NCBI GenBank assembly: GCA_017881505.1
Contig: JADGQW010000001.1
Location: 1-48,435 of the forward strand
DNA: 48,435 nt
Origin: Gemmatimonadales bacterium
GTDB taxonomy: Bacteria > Gemmatimonadota > Gemmatimonadetes > Gemmatimonadales > JACORV01
Reading direction: 5' to 3'
A program made the position numbers and the translations under genes. Under the pieces are notes generated by a model that worked only from the letters and a program-made list of their open reading frames with translations, did no database searches and had not been told where the DNA came from. Positions 45,081-48,435 of this stretch are shown in pieces (within the stretch, counting starts at the first letter, position 1; each line of letters opens with the position of its first letter).

Positions 45081-46235
45081 CTACCAGTTGAGGGCCACGC
45101 CGAGCATGTTCACGCCGCCCAGCAGCCCGTAGTTCTTGTACGCGTAATCGAACCCGATGCCGAAGCCGCCCTTCGCGTACCGCAGCCCGCCGCCCGCCGA
45201 GAGGCGATACTGCCGCCCCTTCAACGAGCTGGTGAACCCCGCGTAGTCCGTGGACGTCGGGTCGGGCGCGGTCATGTTGTCGTCGCCGGCGAACGTGCCA
45301 CCGAGACGGCCGGCCACCGAGAAGCCCGACTGCCCCAGCGCCATGTTGTACTCCCCGGCGAAGCTGAAGCCCGGCTGGCTGTTGTTCGGCTGATTGAACT
45401 CACCGAGCAGGGTGAGCCGGCTGAGCGAGGTGGTGAACGCGTCGTAGGCCAACGCGATCCGGAACATCACCGGCAGGGACCATGCCTTCGTGGTCAGCTG
45501 CGCCTTGGCCGGCTCCTGCGGGATCTGGTCCTGCCCGGCCGGCGGCTGCCGCGTGTACGTCACGACCAGCGGCTGCCCCGAGTGGGACATGTTCGTGCCC
45601 AGGTTCGAGATCACGAACGCGGCCCGCACGGCGCGGCCGGCCAGCGTGGAGTGGAAGCTCGTCCCGAAATCCACCGCGAACGCGCTGCCGGAGACATCCC
45701 CCAAATGGTCGGACACGACCTTGGCCGTGATGCCGGCCGAGAACCGGTCCGAGAACTGCTGCGCGTACGTCCCGGCGATGGCGGTCTCGGACACGCTGTA
45801 CACCTGTCCGGCCAGCCCCTGAGGATCCTCCACCGTGTACACGGGCTGGTTACTGAACCCGAAGGTCGTGACCGACAGCCCGAACGCCCGGGAGCCGCCC
45901 CCGAAGGGGACGCCGAAGGCGCCGAAGGTGTAGTTGGTCCCGGCGATGTACTTCATGTTGCTCGCCATCGCGCCCGGACGCTCCATCAGCGCCAGGCCCG
46001 CCGGGTTGTAGTACATCGAGCCGAGATCGTTCGCGAGCGCCGCGTACGCCCCGCCCAGCGCCGCGCCACGTGCCGTGGCGGGGATGAGCAGGAACTCCGC
46101 GGCCGTCGTCCCGAAGGCGACGTTGTTCGACGGCACCGACGTGATCGTCGGGTTCGTCTGCGCTCGGCCCACCGTACTGACGGCCAGGATGGCCACCAGC
46201 ACCGCGGCGCCGATCTGCAAAGAGCCTCTCCTCAT
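45081..46235 (-). CDS. porV: PorV/PorQ-family T9SS outer-membrane beta-barrel
   Basis: 384 aa. Signal peptide ...STVGRA|QT. The family signature FLLIPATARGAALGGAYAALANDLGSMYYNPAGLA is recalled from PorV/LptO-type proteins. C-terminal aromatic residue (LNW). GGAGG RBS. Confidence 0.7.
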   Translation of the reverse strand: MRRGSLQIGAAVLVAILAVSTVGRAQTNPTITSVPSNNVAFGTTAAEFLLIPATARGAALGGAYAALANDLGSMYYNPAGLALMERPGAMASNMKYIAGTNYTFGAFGVPFGGGSRAFGLSVTTFGFSNQPVYTVEDPQGLAGQVYSVSETAIAGTYAQQFSDRFSAGITAKVVSDHLGDVSGSAFAVDFGTSFHSTLAGRAVRAAFVISNLGTNMSHSGQPLVVTYTRQPPAGQDQIPQEPAKAQLTTKAWSLPVMFRIALAYDAFTTSLSRLTLLGEFNQPNNSQPGFSFAGEYNMALGQSGFSVAGRLGGTFAGDDNMTAPDPTSTDYAGFTSSLKGRQYRLSAGGGLRYAKGGFGIGFDYAYKNYGLLGGVNMLGVALNW

Positions 46236-46249
46236 GCGAGCCTCCGCAA

Positions 46250-46275
46250 GGGCCGGGGCACGGAGGCCCCGGCCC
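46250..46275 (-). terminator. GC hairpin after the CTD-cargo gene
   Basis: GGGCCGGGGC-N6-GCCCCGGCCC, a perfect 10-bp stem, 13 nt after the stop. Confidence 0.4.
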
Positions 46276-46287
46276 TCTCCGGTTCAG

Positions 46288-48435
46288 TTACTGAGCGTAG
46301 TTGACCACGGTGAACCGCCCGATCTTCTTGCGGCCATCGGGCGTCTCGACGTGATAGAAGTACACGCCGCTGGCCACGAACTGATTGTTCCGGTTGCGGA
46401 GGTTCCACACCTGCTCGCCGCCGCCCGCCGGGTCGTTGTGCGTCAGGAGGTTCACCAGGATCCCGCTCACGCTGTAGATCCGGATGATCGCCTGGCTGGG
46501 CAGGTTGACGAAACGCAACACCTTCGTGTTCGCCGTGATCTCCAGCTGGTTCGTGACGTAGTACGGATCCGGCACGGTGTGCACCAGCGCCAGCAACGAA
46601 TCCGCCGTCACCGCCGGATTGAGCGTCGAGCCGGTGTAGCTGATCTGGACCCGCAGGCCCGGCACGTTCGCCGGACGGGTGGCCGGCGTGAACGCGTAGG
46701 AGCCGACCGTACCTTCGATGTCGCCGGAGTAGAACCGGGCGTTCCACACCGTGCCCGACGCCGGCAGCGACGCCATCTGCATCAGGAAGAACTCGCCGTT
46801 CAAATAGATGATGAAACCGGTGCCCGACGCCGCCGCGCCCGTCAGGGCCTGCGTGCCAGTGTACGTGCTCGAGGCGAAGTTCACCGGCGTGAGCCGCGCA
46901 TGGTTCTGGAACACCGCGCCGCTGTCGGGGGCCGTCCAGTTGCCCACGCCGCCGCACAGGCCGAAGAACTTCACGAACGGCGCGACGCATGCGAAATCGG
47001 ACCACGTCAGCCGCGTGACGCTCGTGTCGGGGAGCTTCGTCGGGTCGACCACCCGGACGAAGGACGAATCGTTCAGGATGCCCCACGACGCCCGGACCTT
47101 CGGGCTGAACGGCACGCGCAAGTGGTGCGTGACGTCCACCACCGAGTCCACGGCGCCGGCGGCGCCCCAGTACCACTTGAAGTCCGCCGCCCGCATGACG
47201 CTCGAGGTGGTGACCTCGATGTCACGGGCCGGCGCGCTGGACGCGACCGTCATGTAGGACTGAATGTGGAAGATGCCCACGCCGGCCATCGCGCCGGCGT
47301 TGCGGCTCAGGTTCGCCAGGCCGCAGCTGTAGGTCCCGGTGACCGTACCGCAGTTGATGCCGTTCGGGTCGTTGGTGTTCTCGTTCGCCGCGCCCGTCCA
47401 CCAGCGCGGGCCCTGCTGCCACGCGTCCGGGCCGGTGTTGACGGACGCACGGCCCTTCTGGGTGAGTTGATAGACACCGGGCGTGGAGACCGTGGCGGTC
47501 CCGAACAGCGAGAACGACTGGTCGCCGCCGAACCGGGAGGCGGCGGCGGAATCCATCGCCGTCGCCAGGAAGTTGGCGGAGCCGACGCCGTCGGCGCCGG
47601 ACGTCGCCGGGCCGACGAGCGGCGCCGAGAACTTCACCGGCGCGCCGGCACCCTGCCCTGTGAACCAGTACGTGGAAGGGATGAGCCCGGCGGCGTAGTC
47701 GATGTCCCCCCAGTTGCCCGGAATGACCGAGTCCACCGTCAGCGTGACGCTGCCGTTCTGCAGGACCTGCGGCAAGAACGCCGCGAGCCCGAGGTTGAGG
47801 CCGTTGGTGGCGGGCGCCGGACCGCTGAAGATGCCGGTCGTGGCGTCGATCGTCGGCTCCGCGGCCGCCGGATCGAGGGTGGAGCCGTCGCCGCCGAGCA
47901 TCACCGGCGCGCTCAGCGTGCCGGCCGTTTCCTGACCGGACGCCGCACGCGGCGTCGTAGGCTTCGTCGCCCGCGCCGACTCGAGGGACGTCGGCCCCGA
48001 CTTGACGCTGTTCACGTCGAACGCCGTGACGGCGTAATAGTACTGGAAGCCGTCGCGCGCGGTGCGGTCGACGTAGGCGAACGGCACGCCGGTGTCGGTC
48101 AGCCCCGGGAACCCGGAGTTGCCGCCCGTGACGGCCGTGTCGGCCTTAACGATGAGCACGTCGCCCGAGGCCAGCTGGGCGCGATCGCCCGTGCGGACCT
48201 GCACGACGTTGCCGGACAGCGCGACGCGGTGCGGGAATGCCGGGCAGGTGGCAAGAGGGTCCGCGGGTTTCACGATGCCGAGCTCCGGCGCGCACCGCGA
48301 GCCGTAGTCGTCATTGCTGAACTGGCCGGTATAGTCGGTCATGGTCGTGCCCGCATAGTCGAACTGCGTGATCAGCGCCAATTCCGACTGCGTCCGGCCG
48401 CGGTAGATGCGATACCCCTCGACGTCGTTCGCCCG
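46288..48435 (-). CDS. Large secreted protein with T9SS C-terminal sorting domain (5' end outside the window)
   Basis: The frame stays open to nt 48435 (RANDVEGYRIYRGRTQSE... precedes the track's TTG start). The C-terminal about 80 aa (VLRFVNLPSQAIIRIYSVSGILVNLL...WNLRNRNNQFVASGVYFYHVETPDGRKKIGRFTVVN) matches the Por_Secre_tail pattern. Confidence 0.8.
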   Translation of the reverse strand, partial: RANDVEGYRIYRGRTQSELALITQFDYAGTTMTDYTGQFSNDDYGSRCAPELGIVKPADPLATCPAFPHRVALSGNVVQVRTGDRAQLASGDVLIVKADTAVTGGNSGFPGLTDTGVPFAYVDRTARDGFQYYYAVTAFDVNSVKSGPTSLESARATKPTTPRAASGQETAGTLSAPVMLGGDGSTLDPAAAEPTIDATTGIFSGPAPATNGLNLGLAAFLPQVLQNGSVTLTVDSVIPGNWGDIDYAAGLIPSTYWFTGQGAGAPVKFSAPLVGPATSGADGVGSANFLATAMDSAAASRFGGDQSFSLFGTATVSTPGVYQLTQKGRASVNTGPDAWQQGPRWWTGAANENTNDPNGINCGTVTGTYSCGLANLSRNAGAMAGVGIFHIQSYMTVASSAPARDIEVTTSSVMRAADFKWYWGAAGAVDSVVDVTHHLRVPFSPKVRASWGILNDSSFVRVVDPTKLPDTSVTRLTWSDFACVAPFVKFFGLCGGVGNWTAPDSGAVFQNHARLTPVNFASSTYTGTQALTGAAASGTGFIIYLNGEFFLMQMASLPASGTVWNARFYSGDIEGTVGSYAFTPATRPANVPGLRVQISYTGSTLNPAVTADSLLALVHTVPDPYYVTNQLEITANTKVLRFVNLPSQAIIRIYSVSGILVNLLTHNDPAGGGEQVWNLRNRNNQFVASGVYFYHVETPDGRKKIGRFTVVNYAQ

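Noticed and set aside
1-48435. Search for CRISPR arrays, tRNA/rRNA genes, IS elements/transposases, integrases, toxin-antitoxin or phage-defence genes.
   Set aside because: No spaced direct-repeat arrays, no cloverleaf-sized non-coding gaps (the largest gaps are 303, 216 and 199 nt and look like promoter regions), and no transposase, integrase or nuclease-like translations were found in any frame inspected.

Overview
Very GC-rich bacterial chromosomal segment (roughly 70% GC by eye, not computed), densely coded. No rRNA, tRNA, CRISPR, IS or prophage signal was seen. Gene content (type IV pilus, T9SS parts SprA/PorV/CTD cargo, a GWxTD protein, an Oar-like TonB receptor) suggests an FCB-group organism, most plausibly Gemmatimonadota; this is inference only. 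Layout: (1) 1-16.7 kb, minus strand: a pilus locus in the order pilB-pilT-pilC-[OM barrel]-pilS-pilR-...-pilA. About 7.5 kb of glycosylation genes (one GT2 polyprenyl-phosphate sugar synthase-like gene and four GT-C membrane glycosyltransferases, two of them TMTC/PMT-like with TPR tails) sits between pilR and a Ser/Thr-rich pilin that has a near-consensus sigma-54 promoter. (2) 16.8-24.6 kb: comEA-like gene, a lipoprotein M28/glutaminyl-cyclase-like gene and a 2049-aa SprA (T9SS translocon). (3) lptF/lptG, an Oar-like TonB-dependent receptor and an APC permease. (4) 32.6-38.6 kb: an eight-to-nine-gene heme-copper oxidase operon (coxII-I-III-IV, small ORF, ctaA, ctaB, DUF420), then a CheY-like regulator and a FixI/CcoI-type Cu ATPase. 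(5) 41.6-48.4 kb: lipoprotein with Ig-like repeats and a PPC domain, GWxTD protein, PorV-like protein, and a large T9SS CTD-bearing cargo truncated by the window. The best candidate for an undescribed system is the pilSR-coupled, PMT/TMTC-type lipid-linked glycosylation island, which may modify the pilin. Second is the SprA-glutaminyl cyclase coupling, together with +1 Gln in every clear signal-peptidase-I substrate in the window. Many long ORFs in the supplied track are antisense or out-of-frame shadow ORFs typical of high-GC DNA and were discarded.
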